A stretch of DNA of 64,000 bases from Trichechus inunguis (GCA_046562895.1 CM102154.1:28141733-28205732); one strand, 5' to 3'. Shown: positions 9,832 through 21,249, counted from the first letter of the stretch. Notes: generated by a model from the letters alone, not told the origin. Made by a program: numbers and translations.

Positions 9832-12585
9832 ACTGTACAAACCTGCCAGTGACTCCTTTGGGCTTTGCTTCTCCAAGCATGTATTTCTTCTGGTATTAAC
9901 TGTATCTTTATTTCCAGGAGACAGAGTACACATTGCTGTGTGTGTCCCACAGCTAGTTACTCCCAATCTTGTTTCTTCACAGCAGAACAACCTCTGCACG
10001 TTCAGGGATACTAACGAGGACCAATGCTTTCCCCCATTGTACTAAATTTTTCTGCAAACTGGAAGTTTGTTTGCTATTATTACAGGAAGGGTGGAGGCAG
10101 CAAAAGCTGAATTATCCCTTTTTTCCCCATCCAAATCTCACTTGACTTTTCCCCGTTTACCAACTGTAGATCAGGTCTCCCACCACTTAACATCGTAAGA
10201 CTGAGAAGAAGTCCAGAAATTGAGGCAGCTCTGGAGGAGTGTCACTAAACCTAAATGCATCTTGGGGAGGAAAGCAGAGAAGTGGAATGGGCAAGTGTAA
10301 CTTGCCCGTCTAAGAAGTAATGTAAGTCCACACCAGATCCATAGACTTCCTGATTATTTTCAAATATACTCAACACAGATACACACGACACACTTCTTTA
10401 ACAATGAAGGGCATTTAAATGAAAACAATTGCCTGTAATTTTTTAGGCACCAGATTACCAATATCTATCAAAATTTTAAATGTACATATCTTTGATCTAG
10501 AAATTACAGATGTGCATTTTTTCACAGATGATGTCACTGCAGCATTGTTGGACACAAAAAATGTCATTAAGGAGCTTATTGGATATTTATATCCATTCAT
10601 TGAAGTACTATACTGTTATTAAAACTTTCCAACTCATTCTATGAGGATAGTATTGCCCTGATAACAAAATCAGATAAAGATATCACAAGAAAAGAGAACT
10701 ATACAGTATCCCTAATACATACAGATGTAAAAATCCTCAACAAACACTAGAAGGCCTAACCCATCAACATATAAAAAAAAATTATACACCATGACCAAGT
10801 AGGATTTATCACAGAAATGCAAAGTTGGTTCAACATGTGAAAACCTATGTGGGTGGGTAGAAATTTAGTATATGAAAAAGGTGCTCTTGTGGGTGGGTGG
10901 GTGGAAGAATAGATTGTTCAAATGTCCTATTGCCCCACAATCCAGTGGCTATAATTTTGGAACTCATCCCAACAGACACTGGGAGAAACTGCAATTCTGT
11001 TTAATGATAAGAGCCCAAAGGTTGTTTAGCATAAAACTTAAATTCATTTTTCCCTTCAGTTTCCTTGGACACATCTTTATACTGTCTCTACTCAGTCTCT
11101 ACCTTTTTTTATATCTCCAAGATAAGAAAAACTGAAAAATAAACCTTTATGCCAACCTGGCCAACAAGGCAGAGTGTACTGAGTAAATTAGTCTTTGCTT
11201 AACTTTCCCTATCCCATCCCTCCAGCCTTAGCTGGGATGTTTTTGTAGAATTTTCAGAGCATTGAAAATAGACAATTAGAGCTTCCTCCTGCCCTTGGCC
11301 CAGGCTGTCAGGAGAGCAAGAGGCAAAGGATTGAAACCAGCAACTTTTAGGATGATGCTATACCATAGTTCTCTGCAAGATTTCTGGGTAGGACTCTGAA
11401 TCATAAGTTTCAACTTTCCCAACTGGGGCTTCTAGTCACAAGGTACATGTGGAGGGGGGAGTCTAGAAGGTATAATTTGAGTCACTGTAAAGGGCACATA
11501 AGAAAAGGTACAAGCATGACCTGTCTTCGAGACTTATCAGCTGATGGCATTCTTTGTGTCTTTATCCTTAGGATGGAGGAGAGAGACCCTGGGTCATTGG
11601 GTAGAACTAAAGTAAAGTCTCTCGGGTGATTTCTCCATGTAAAACCTAGAATCAGGGTGAAGTGAGAGCAAAACTCATTACCCTTAAAATCCCCAAATCC
11701 TCAAAACTCACTTCTGTATCAGAGTGCAGTGGCATTTTCCTAAGAGAAACCTCCCAACCCAGACCAAAAGTCCTGTAATAGCCATGGCTTGTCTACACAA
11801 GTCTTCAAATTCTTGGACACAAAAAAGACATTTACTTCTTCTCCAATCCTTAGAATGAAAGGGCCTCAGGAAACTTCCCCTCCCATAGAATATACTTGTT
11901 GGAAAATAAGAAGGTTCTAGAACTTTTGCTTAAAAGACTCTAACTCCATGTTACGTCCACAGGTATGATGGTTCCATCTTTCAAATCAAGTTTTAACTTT
12001 AATGAAATTCAATTTGAGAGAAATACACTTTTGGGACCGCTTTCAAGAATGCCAATTACTATATTGACTAATGCTTGCCCGTCAAGTGGCTGCTGCTGCC
12101 CTGTCAGAGGTGAGGGCCAGAAGACTCATTTTGCTCTCAGTGCCCTGGCTTCTCATTTCACATTTGGGGAGTCAGTTCTGGCAAGATGAGGCTGTTTCTG
12201 TCAGAGGAGATTAGTGTTGTCCCAGTTCAATCCCAGTTTTTCGAAATGCCCTGAAGTGGGCACTACTGACTCACTCTTCCTTTGCTTCGTCTTATTTGGC
12301 CAAGGAGAGGCCTTCAGCACCCTATTCTAGTGCTGGCCAACATCACTGCCATTCCTCCTCCTCCTGGCAGGAAGGGTATCCTAGGGCCTGGGGCTAGCAA
12401 GTGACAAGAACGTTAAAGCTTGGTTTCAAAGAGTACCTACAAATGATCTGGTTCACTTTCTTAAAGTTCTAGTCAGGGTTAATGTTAAATCAGAGAAGAA
12501 ACACATTAGAACATCCATATTTTCCTTCTTGGTCCAAATCCACATGAAAACACAGGCAGGGCTGCACTTAAGATTTTCTGGCACT

Positions 12586-12591
12586 TTTATT
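12586..12591 (-). terminator. TEP1: Candidate TEP1 polyA signal (AATAAA on minus strand, ~95 nt after the stop)
   Basis: Plus strand reads tttatt, so minus strand carries AAAAAATAAAAGTGCC. Alternative distal signal at 9907-9912. Confidence 0.4.
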
Positions 12592-12682
12592 TTTTATAAT
12601 CTTATGAAGAAAGCAGGTCCTGGTGCCTTTAGGCTTTGTATCTCTACACAAGTGGTATCATCTTTTCTGAGTTGTAACATCT

Positions 12683-12805
12683 TCATTCCCAGGACAAGAA
12701 GTACACATTGCCCTGTGCATCTCCCACAGCAAGCTGCAGGGTAGAGTTAGGACCCAGGCAAGGTTCCAGGCAGTTCACTGCCCCTTCACAGCGGAACAGG
12801 CCCAG
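12683..12805 (-). CDS. TEP1: TEP1 terminal coding exon (stop TGA at 12683-12685 on minus strand)
   Basis: cccattgtag acceptor. Encodes LGLFRCEGAVNCLEPCLGPNSTLQLAVGDAQGNVYFLSWE*. Confidence 0.88.
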   Translation of the reverse strand: MGLFRCEGAVNCLEPCLGPNSTLQLAVGDAQGNVYFLSWE

Positions 12806-13015
12806 CTACAATGGGAACAAAAATGAGGAAGATGAGGGCTACGAACCTAGGGCCTCTCTACCAACTTGTTTTTCTCTCACACTAATGCCTTTTATTTAGA
12901 AACAGGTTAGTAGAGCATCACTGCAAGAAGAAACCAGAATGCTGATCCTGCCATTTCTTACCCTGTTTGCTCTCTTGCAACATCCCCCTTGAGTCCTCTC
13001 CTTGCACCCACTTAC

Positions 13016-13120
13016 CAGCTGCATACTGGGTCTCTCCCACAGCTTAACATCTCTGTCCCTTGAAGCTGTCACCAGCAACTTAGGCAGTACGTGGAGGGCT
13101 GTGACACAGCCCGAGTGGAT
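13016..13120 (-). CDS. TEP1: TEP1 coding exon 53 (C-terminal WD40)
   Basis: Encodes IHSGCVTALHVLPKLLVTASRDRDVKLWERPSMQL. Donor gtaagt. ORF 12896-13174. Confidence 0.88.
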
Positions 13121-13301
13121 CTCAGAGAAGAGGAGAGTCATGTGGTGAGTTCTCAGTGGGCACTCCTCAGTCAAGGAAGCACCAAAATCTGCTATGTCAG
13201 ATCTAGAGGCCCCTCCTCCAAACTTACCCTTCCCTCAAACTCACCTTTCTATACAGACGTGTCATTAGATTTCGGGTTCCTGGCCAGACATTCGTGCTTA
13301 C

Positions 13302-13450
13302 ATTTAATTCCAAGCATGTAGGTGAGTCTGCCCCTGAATTTTGGGTTTCAGGATTTTGCCAGATGTTACCTGTGATCCATTCTCCTTCAGGGGTGCATGT
13401 GGCCACGTTCCATAACATCCCATCAGAGCTGGCACACAAAAATGAGGACT
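13302..13450 (-). CDS. TEP1: TEP1 coding exon 52
   Basis: Encodes ESSFLCASSDGMLWNVATCTPEGEWITGNIWQNPETQNSGADSPTCLELN. Donor gtaagc. ORF 13224-13538. Confidence 0.85.
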
Positions 13451-13542
13451 CTGCCATTACAAGGATAGAATTAGAGCCAGGATAGGTCTCGAGTCTAGAA
13501 GTATCCACCATTCTCCCTCTGGGTCCTCCCATCACCACTCAC

Positions 13543-13648
13543 CAGATTCAGGTTTGGCCTGAGTTACCCATATCACAGCCCCACTAGGATTTTCTAGGTT
13601 CAGATTAAACTCCAGGAACTCTTCAAACTCTCCTAATTCCTTTTGCCT
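13543..13648 (-). CDS. TEP1: TEP1 coding exon 51
   Basis: ttttacag acceptor. Encodes RQKELGEFEEFLEFNLNLENPSGAVIWVTQAKPES. Donor gtgagt. Followed by a ~92-nt intron. Confidence 0.82.
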
Positions 13649-14182
13649 CTGTAAAAGGATAGTTTTGTTTAGCCTACTCATATCACTCAGCCCTGTCTAG
13701 ACAAAGGAAGAGTTTCCTGCTCTGGCTAGTCGAGATTTTTTTTTTTCTTTTCCTTTCTTTTTGAGCTACAACTTAGATACAGTAAAGTGTACAAAATCTT
13801 CAGTGTACATCTCAATGAATCAGTACACACATATAACCCATGCAATCACTCCCCAGATCAAGATGTAGAACATTTCCATCATCCTAGAAGGTTCTCCCCA
13901 TGCCTCTTCCGTCAATACCAGAGCACCTCCCCCAAAGCTAAGTACTATTCTGACTTCTATTGCCGTATGTTAGTTTTGCCAGTTACTGAACTTCATTTAA
14001 GTGGAGTCACAGAGCATGTACTCTTTGTGTCTGATTTCTTTCACCCAACATAATGTCTATGAGCTATGTCTATACTGTTCCAGTCATCAGTATTCAGTAT
14101 CACATCCTTTTTTTTTTTTTTGTCATTTAGTATTATTCCCTTGTATAAATATCCCACAAATTATTTATCGCTATTCTGCTTA

Positions 14183-14340
14183 TGGAGTCCTGGTGGTGCA
14201 GTGAAGAGCTCGGCTGCTAACCAAAAGGTCGGCAGTTTAAATCTATCAGCTACTCCTTGGAAATCCTACAGAGCACTTTTACTCCGTCCTATAGGGTTGC
14301 TATGAGTTGGAATCGAGTTTATGGCAGTGGGTTTGGGTCC
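14183..14340 (+). mobile_element. AfroSINE
   Basis: Contains tcctggtggtgcagtgaagagctcggctgctaaccaaaaggtcggcagtttaaatc...gttgctatgagttggaatcgag. Confidence 0.85.
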
Positions 14341-14559
14341 TGCTTATAGACATTAGGGTTGTTTTGGCAATTATGAATAAAGCTGCTATGAACATTCTTA
14401 TTACTTGTATTTTGGAGAACATACGCACTTATTTCTCTTGGGCATGTATTACCCAGAGTGGAATTTCTGGGTAAAGGTAGACTCTAGTAAGAAACTTTAG
14501 CAGATAGGCAGGTTAGGATTTGATAACCTTTTTAGGGACAAAGGGCACCTTTCCAGTTC

Positions 14560-14757
14560 CAGTTGCCATCGAGTCGATTCTGACTCACGGCAACCCTGTG
14601 CATGTCAGAGTAGAACTGTGCTCCATAGGGTTTTTCAGTGGCTGATTTTTCAGAAGTAGATGGCAAGGCCTGTCTTCCAAGGTCCCTTTGGGTGGACTCG
14701 AACCTCCAATCTTTCAGTTAACAGCTGAGCTCATTGACCATTAGTACCACCCAGAGC
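14560..14757 (-). mobile_element. AfroSINE
   Basis: Reverse orientation: ccagttgccatcgagtcgattctgactcacggcaaccc...ggtggactcgaacctcc. Confidence 0.85.
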
Positions 14758-15191
14758 CTCCAAAGGGCTCCTTAGAACCTATATTTGATGTAATTGGCCA
14801 ACTCCGGCCACACCAAACCAACAAATGTTGTGCATCTATAAGGTAACGGCTAAGTATAATGACAGAGATAAGATGCAGTCCTTTCCCTTGAACTGCTAAT
14901 ATTCATGGTAGCAAAGAAAGACATGAAAAATAATACAATTAAGATAATTCCTAGGTTTATGGTTTCCCATAATTGTTTAAAACAGTAGAATCCATTTTTG
15001 TACCAATGAAATCTTACAGGGAACTCCAACATTTAAAGCTCTTAAGGAGCACCATTCCAACTGAAGAAGGAGAACGCGATTCGGAACCAACTGCCTTTCC
15101 CTTCCCATTTTCCTTTGCGATGGGTCCCAAGGTTTAAAAACATTGGTCCTAGACAAATGTTTGCTTTAACACACATCCAAACAGGACTTAC

Positions 15192-15291
15192 TAAGAGATA
15201 AAGACCTTTAGGGGCCATTGATTGCAAGACAAATACACCATACTCCTTGTGGGTGGACAACACTGTAAGACCATCTTCCATATAGCAGCCC
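15192..15291 (-). CDS. TEP1: TEP1 coding exon 50
   Basis: Encodes GCYMEDGLTVLSTHKEYGVFVLQSMAPKGLYLL. Donor gtaagt. ORF 15042-15281. Confidence 0.82.
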
Positions 15292-15429
15292 CTGGTTCAT
15301 AAGAAAGAAAGAAGCTGAGCTCGGGAACTCTCCAGTGTTTTGTTCTAAGTTAAACCCAACATCAGAGTAACCACTAGCCCACTTTTTCTCTCTTTCCAGC
15401 TTGGGAGGAAGCAGCATTTTGGATCTTAC

Positions 15430-15573
15430 CAGATTACAGAGGGATCATTCCCTGGCATCATGTGCAGCAATTCCAATTCTGCCTTGGCCAGGATGAGGGA
15501 TTGACCATCAGGGGCCAGGCCCAGACCTATCAGGACCCCTATGTCCTCCTGCAGAATTCGGTTCAGGTGAAGG
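15430..15573 (-). CDS. TEP1: TEP1 coding exon 49
   Basis: Encodes SLHLNRILQEDIGVLIGLGLAPDGQSLILAKAELELLHMMPGNDPSVIW. Donor gtaaga. Confidence 0.82.
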
Positions 15574-16650
15574 CTATAGCACAAACGAAGTAAATGGACA
15601 GAGAAAGAACCTACTTTAGTCCACCTCTCTCAGACTTCTCAGTTCCCATGAATTCCTCAGGAGTGCAATATAAAACAAAATGCATTACCTTCCCTACAAA
15701 TCCCGGTATCTTTCTGTTTTTCTTGTATCAGTGTTCATTATCACCATCCCCTTATTTGCTCAAACTAGGAATCTCTAGCATTCTTGACTTTTCCTTCCCT
15801 CCCTACCTTCAACTGATCAATTCTACCTACAACACACGCCCGTATCTCTCTCTCTCCTCATCCCCACAGTCCAAGTCAGGGCAGGCATGTCTTTCCTGGA
15901 CTCCAGCAACAGCTGTAGAAGTGGTCTCCCTACCTTTAGTATCTCTCTACTACTACCCATCTTCCATATTTGCTGCCAGTTCTCTTCCTAAAATTCAGAT
16001 TATTCTGCTCAAAATTCTGTCAGAACAAAGCCCAATATTCTTAGCACTGTGCCCTCTACAGCCTGGCCCCAGTTTGTCTTCTAAACCCAATTTCACCCCA
16101 GTCCCAGTATGCAGCCAAGCACTTGGCTATACCCAGAACATACCACACACTTTCATGCCTCCATGGCTTTTGTTGAGACTACTCCCTCTTCCCGAAATGC
16201 TGTTCCTTTCCCTTACTGGCCCAGAAAACTCCTAATCATTTCTTTAAGCCCAACCTCAAGTGTCACCTCTTTCCTACACTTTCCCAAATTCTACAGCCCC
16301 AGAAATTTTATATACACCGTCTCTATAGCACTAATCAATCTGAGTATTGTTGGCAGTTTACTTGTATGCACATTCTTCTACTGGGAGCTTCCTTTGTTAA
16401 AGAATACATTTCATTATCTCTGGTTCACACTGCCCAGCCCAGTGGTGGGCATTAAGTACGCACTTGATAATTATTCATGTAAATTGATATGGTGAGGAGC
16501 AGAAAACAATTTCCCAGGAAATTTTTTCCTTTCAATAACTAACATCCCATTTCCCTAGTTCAGAAGCAGAGGTAGAGTGATTTGAGTAAAATCCCAGGTA
16601 TACGGAGACTATTATTATTCCTACTATATTACCCCAGCTGCCCCTTTCAC

Positions 16651-16775
16651 CTGAAATTTCTAGACGTTGAACCTCTCTGCAGTTCCACTTGCCACTCGCT
16701 GACTTTTTCATCAGCACTCAGAACGAAGAAGGTGTGTGCTGAGTACCAGATCAGGGCACTGATGCGGCCTGGAGC
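16651..16775 (-). CDS. TEP1: TEP1 coding exon 48 (WD40)
   Basis: Encodes APGRISALIWYSAHTFFVLSADEKVSEWQVELQRGSTSRNF. Donor gtgaaa. Confidence 0.85.
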
Positions 16776-16937
16776 CTGATGTACACGACAGGTTAGATGT
16801 AGTATTTCTGAGAAGCCAGGACTGATCCTCTTTCCCCTCCCAGGCATTATGCAACCTCTAACCCTGGCACGTACCATTAAATCCATAGCTGGGGCAGAAC
16901 TCACATACAGCAAAGAGCCGAAGCTGCCCCAACTCAC

Positions 16938-17074
16938 CTGTGCTGTGGCCACAGCCTTTGCTTCCTGCCATAGGATCAGTTCCCCAGTTTGACTCCCAGA
17001 TACTGCCATGGAACCATCTGGGGCCCAGGCCACAGCAGTGATGGCTGCAGGATTTTTAGGTACGTATGTGTCAT
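16938..17074 (-). CDS. TEP1: TEP1 coding exon 47 (WD40)
   Basis: Encodes DDTYVPKNPAAITAVAWAPDGSMAVSGSQTGELILWQEAKAVATAQ. Donor gtgagt. ORF 16647-17033. Confidence 0.85.
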
Positions 17075-17197
17075 CTGGAGAGGAAAGAAAGTACTTTATT
17101 AGAAGCTAGGCCACTGCTGGGGTACAAGAGGAGTTATCAGGCTACCTCAGTAACACACCCCTCTTTCACACCTTGCCTCTCTCTATGCTTCACTCAC

Positions 17198-17330
17198 CTG
17201 CTTCCTCAGGTACCTGCCAGAGCCGTACAGAGCCATCCTCAGAGGCCGTCAGGAGGAGGCCTGAGGTGTCTGAGACAGCAGCTGCACTGACTGGGCCACT
17301 GTGTTCCAGGAGGGTGTGTGTTTGAAACAC
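17198..17330 (-). CDS. TEP1: TEP1 coding exon 46 (WD40)
   Basis: Encodes VFQTHTLLEHSGPVSAAAVSDTSGLLLTASEDGSVRLWQVPEEA. Donor gtgagt. Confidence 0.82.
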
Positions 17331-17435
17331 CTAGGAGGAAGGGATGGAGATGGGCAGTGGAGGGTTGACACAACAGAAGGCTGCCCCACATACCCTCCCT
17401 ACCATCCCCCACCCCAGTTCTTGCAAGGAGCTCAC

Positions 17436-17512
17436 CAAGAGTGGATGCCACAACCTTGTGGTCCCATCCAGTCCCACAGTCACCACCAGAAGCTCTGACC
17501 CAGGCTGGCCAG
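17436..17512 (-). CDS. TEP1: TEP1 coding exon 45 (WD40)
   Basis: Encodes AGQPGSELLVVTVGLDGTTRLWHPLL. Donor gtgagc. Confidence 0.8.
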
Positions 17513-17616
17513 CTGATGAGACATAGCAGTGGAGTGAGAAGAAGGGAAGAAGCAGAGGAGCAGGGGAGAGGTAGGGGGTTGGGCTGGGGGAAGGAAGGTG
17601 GCTGGTGTTCCATTAC

Positions 17617-17749
17617 CTGCACGTGGCTCCTGGGCAGCTGTGCAGTGGCTGATGGGTCCTGAGTGCACAGGAATGGTTGTCAGCTCCACGCCCTGATGGT
17701 CCCACACTTTCAAAGTCCCATCCCGGGCCACAGATACCACATGCTCCTC
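17617..17749 (-). CDS. TEP1: TEP1 coding exon 44 (WD40)
   Basis: Encodes EEHVVSVARDGTLKVWDHQGVELTTIPVHSGPISHCTAAQEPRA. Donor gtaatg. ORF 17480-17740. Confidence 0.88.
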
Positions 17750-17844
17750 CTGCCCCAGAGCACAGCATCAGAGCAGGGTTACACTGAGCAGGACATGGCA
17801 GTATGACTCCCATGACAGACGTGTGGGCTAGGCATTAGGGGCTT

Positions 17845-17950
17845 AACCCATTGACATCAAGTCAATTCCCACTTATGGCAATCCCATGTGTTACAGAACT
17901 GAGCTCCATAGGGTTTTCATGGCTGTGATCTTTATGGAAGCCCCTCTTCC
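17845..17950 (-). mobile_element. AfroSINE fragment
   Basis: Contains cccattgacatcaagtcaattcccacttatggcaatccc...gagctccatagggttttc. Confidence 0.65.
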
Positions 17951-18241
17951 GATTAGGAGATACCAAAGGGTGAGGACAACTCAAGGATAGTGGGGTTGAA
18001 TGGCTCAGGGGTGTAATCCTGCCACAAGGTCATGATACTAAGATGCTGTGTTTGCATGCTCCCCATGCTTCCCCTTACACCAACCTTCGGCCTCGATGCC
18101 CTAATCTCGCCCTAATCCAGTCCCAAGCATCACATTCTTTATACTCCTTTCGCCTTTTGGATTAGACACCCAGTGCATCCAGTCTCCCAGAGCCCTCTGA
18201 GCCCTCTGAGACCCCTGGTGAGTTCTCCACCATCTTCTCAC

Positions 18242-18349
18242 CACGGCCGCCACAGCGCTCACGGCACTCTGATGACCCAGGAACTGACCAAGCTGCTGTC
18301 CTGACTCAGGGTCCCACAGCCCCACCGAGCCATCACTGGAGCAGGAGAT
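18242..18349 (-). CDS. TEP1: TEP1 coding exon 43 (WD40)
   Basis: Encodes ISCSSDGSVGLWDPESGQQLGQFLGHQSAVSAVAAV. Donor gtgaga. ORF 18101-18388. Confidence 0.88.
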
Positions 18350-19272
18350 CTGAAGAGTTAGAGGGCAGAGGTGTGGGATTATCGCCATCCCTCCAGCATT
18401 TTTGTATGCTTATAATATGATTCACAGCATGGGCTCTCGTGGGTTGAAATTCTAGCTCCATCATTCATTCTCTTGCGATCTGGGGCAAGTTAATCTCTGA
18501 GCCTTAGGTTTCTCATCTATTCAGTGAGGATAACGATAGTGTACCTACCTGGTATGGCTGCTGTGGGGCTGAGTGTATCTATATAAAGGACTCAGCACAC
18601 TACTTGGCAAATTGTGTGCATTTACTGAATAGTAGCTGTTGTCCTTAACATAATGTCAGTCAACAAATGCAGAGAAAGTTGGAAAGTCTGTCAATGCCAA
18701 GGAAAGCTCTGGCTTCCTAGAAGCCAGGAGTAGGATAGAACATGACAAGTCTATACAGCTGATATTCACTCCTTCCTCATCTCTTTTTGAGAACCACACG
18801 GGGATTCTGCATGGGGAAACTAGACTTTACCGACCATGAGTAAATATTTAAGACTCACTTTCACCTTAGAAATCACAGCAGTATCCTTTACCTCCAGGGA
18901 TAGGGTACATCCCAAGTCCCTGGGGAGACAGTACTATGTTCTTGTTAGGAGCATGGGCTTTCTTATCAAAAAGTTTCCTGGTTCAGCTTCATCACTCACA
19001 TGAACTTGGACATGTTCTTTAATCTATCTGACCTCAATTTCCTTGTCGGTGAAATAGAGATAACAGTAGTATCTACTTTACAGGACTGTTAAGTGAGATA
19101 CTACGTGCAAGAAGCTTAGTACAATGCCTGGCACATAGTAAGTGCTCAATAAATGTTGGCTATTACTATCATTGATGGGTGTTAGAAAAAGGCTCAGTGG
19201 ATGCAGATGGGGAGTGTTGTCTTCCCCCAGGAACCCAGCTGAGCTTTGCCCCATCCCTACCCCTTCACTCAC

Positions 19273-19386
19273 CAGTAAGTTGTCTCTGGTCCAGGCACAG
19301 CCAGTGACCCAGTCACGGTGACAGGCAGAGAAGGAGCGAATCAGAACAGGGGCATTGGGTGTCCTCACATCCCAGCATAGGAGACT
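19273..19386 (-). CDS. TEP1: TEP1 coding exon 42 (WD40)
   Basis: Encodes SLLCWDVRTPNAPVLIRSFSACHRDWVTGCAWTRDNLL. Donor gtgagt. ORF 19078-19368. Confidence 0.88.
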
Positions 19387-19658
19387 CTGGATAGGTCCAA
19401 GGAGAGGAAGTAGTCAGGGCCAAAGAGGGAGGTGGGAACACCAGGGCTATTTCAGGTAGGAAGTTTCATGGAAATGGGGGTTGTTGAGGGAAGGAAGGCA
19501 GACAAATCGAGCATAGGGCGTATAGACTGGGAAAGAGCAGGAGGGAACAATGGGGAATGGGCTGTTAAGGAGCCTCAGAACCAGAGAGGCTGTGGAGCCT
19601 GGGGAGACTGAGGGCCCAGGGGAAGGAGGGCCTAGGGTTGCATCCTTCTGTGGCTCAC

Positions 19659-19819
19659 CCGATCCCTGCCCCCGGTGGCCAGGCTGCCTCCATCCGTGCT
19701 GAAGCTACAGCAGTTTACAGGGCCCTCATGCCCTCGAAGCTCAGTGGCACAAGGAAATTCTTCTGCCTTTTGTGGCAGGGTCAGGAACCCCCTGGGCCAC
19801 AACCGCACTGTGAAGTCCT
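19659..19819 (-). CDS. TEP1: TEP1 coding exon 41 (WD40)
   Basis: Encodes EDFTVRLWPRGFLTLPQKAEEFPCATELRGHEGPVNCCSFSTDGGSLATGGRDR. Donor gtgagc. ORF 19632-19892. Confidence 0.88.
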
Positions 19820-20377
19820 CTGCATTGGAAACAGGGAGAGAGGAAGGCTCCTTGAAAGAGGAAGCAGGACAGGCCTGGGAGGCCAAAGACAAAAGTAATC
19901 AGCAGGGCTGAGGGTGATATCTGTGGGCACAACTCCAAGGGAGGGACAACCGAGTCATAAGACTGGGAGAGGCCCTGGGCAAGTCAGTCATCATGTCAGA
20001 ACACAGGACAGGAATGCCAGGCACTCCAGCTCCTTGTCTAACCCCCTACTGCACTTCCCATGGCAGCTGTTCCAGACCCTCCCTCTTCTCAAGTGCCTAG
20101 TGTCAGTTCCACTTCACCATCAGCGAGGACCAAGCCTCCCCCCAGAGAAGACTAAGGCCATTCTGCCATTTCACCTCAACATCTCTCTCTCTCCACCTAA
20201 GGGACACCCATCCCTTTACATAGCAAAGTCCCCCATTGGGCAGGAACCCAAAGGATTATTGGGATTGCAAGGAAGTCCCAAGATCAGGGTTAATAAAAGG
20301 GGAAGAAACAAAGTCCAGACTGATTATTCTAGATAAATACATTTAAAAGCACTTTGAAAGTTATACAAATAAAAGTT

Positions 20378-20450
20378 ACATATGCATGTATACATGTGTA
20401 TATACATATGGACACATATATAACATACATATTTATATATAACAAAACCA
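20378..20450. repeat. Compound (CATA/TGTA/TATG)n microsatellite
   Basis: Reads catatgcatgtatacatgtgtatatacatatggacacatatataacatacatatttatatataac. Confidence 0.8.
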
Positions 20451-20598
20451 AAAACAAAACCTGTTGCCATCGGGTCAATTATGGCTCATAGCGACCCTAC
20501 AGAACAGCACAGAACTGCTCCATAGGGTTTCCGAGGAGGAGCTGGTGGATTCGAACTGCTGAGCTTTTGGTTAGCAGCCAAGCTCTTAACCACATACA
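20445..20598 (-). mobile_element. AfroSINE
   Basis: Contains ctgttgccatcgggtcaattatggctcatagcgaccctacagaacag...ggtggattcgaactgctgagc. Confidence 0.85.
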
Positions 20599-20615
20599 TG
20601 TATATACATATACAA

Positions 20616-20817
20616 GAAGCCCTGGTGGTATAATGGTTAAGTGCTTGGCTGCTAACCCAAAGGTCAGTGGCTCAAACCCACCAGCTGCTCTGCAGGAGAA
20701 AGATGTGCCAGTCTGCTTCTGTAAAGATTACAACCTTGCAAACCCTATGGGGCAGTTCTATTCTGTCCTATGGAGCCACTATGAGTTAGAATTGACTTGA
20801 CGGCAACAGTTTTGGTT
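20616..20817 (+). mobile_element. AfroSINE
   Basis: Contains gccctggtggtataatggttaagtgcttggctgctaacccaaaggtcagtggctcaaaccc... Confidence 0.85.
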
Positions 20818-20880
20818 TTATATACGTATGCATTTAAATTCATATATGCATATACATATAAATCAAAGGTATCAGCATAT
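20818..20880. repeat. (TA/CATA)n-rich microsatellite
   Basis: Reads atatacgtatgcatttaaattcatatatgcatatacatataaatc. Confidence 0.7.
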
Positions 20881-20927
20881 TTACAAGGAACAATGATTCA
20901 GCAACCCTGCCCCCTGCCCAGTAGTAC

Positions 20928-21140
20928 CTGAGACAGAAGCCAAGAGTTCTCGGGAGGTAGCCAGACCCAGCACAGGCTTCTGGTATCTGGACAGGAGCCA
21001 CAGGGACTGGATGGAGCTTTTCTTGAAAGCCCAGCCCTGCAGGGAGCCATCTTCTGCACCACTCACCAAAACCTCAGGGCTGAGCCAGGCCAGTGCAGAC
21101 ACTGCCACATGTAGTGCTGGACACTGACCCTCCTGGGAAC
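20928..21140 (-). CDS. TEP1: TEP1 coding exon 40 (WD40)
   Basis: Encodes GSQEGQCPALHVAVSALAWLSPEVLVSGAEDGSLQGWAFKKSSIQSLWLLSRYQKPVLGLATSRELLASVS. Donor gtacta. ORF 20881-21108. Confidence 0.88.
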
Positions 21141-21249
21141 CTAGAGAATAAGTGAAAACAAGAGAGTAAGATGCTTGGAAAAGAGCTGAGGATTAAGGGA
21201 TGCCCTCTTTCCAAAGGCTCAAACACCCCATCCCTTCCCCCTTCAGTAC

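Larger units (their letters stand above)
693..9850 (+). other. PARP2: PARP2 gene body (exons 2-16; exon 1 and promoter lie upstream of the window)
   Basis: 15 exons with AG/GT boundaries whose conceptual splice gives ...ALNEIKRVNNGN...WGR...catalytic...VRMRYLLKVRFNFLQLW*, matching poly(ADP-ribose) polymerase 2. Confidence 0.9.

Noticed and set aside
15594-16235. 213-aa plus-strand ORF, the longest in the track
   Set aside because: Lies antisense within a TEP1 intron. Ser/Pro/Leu-rich with no recognisable domain; flanking TEP1 exons are on the other strand.
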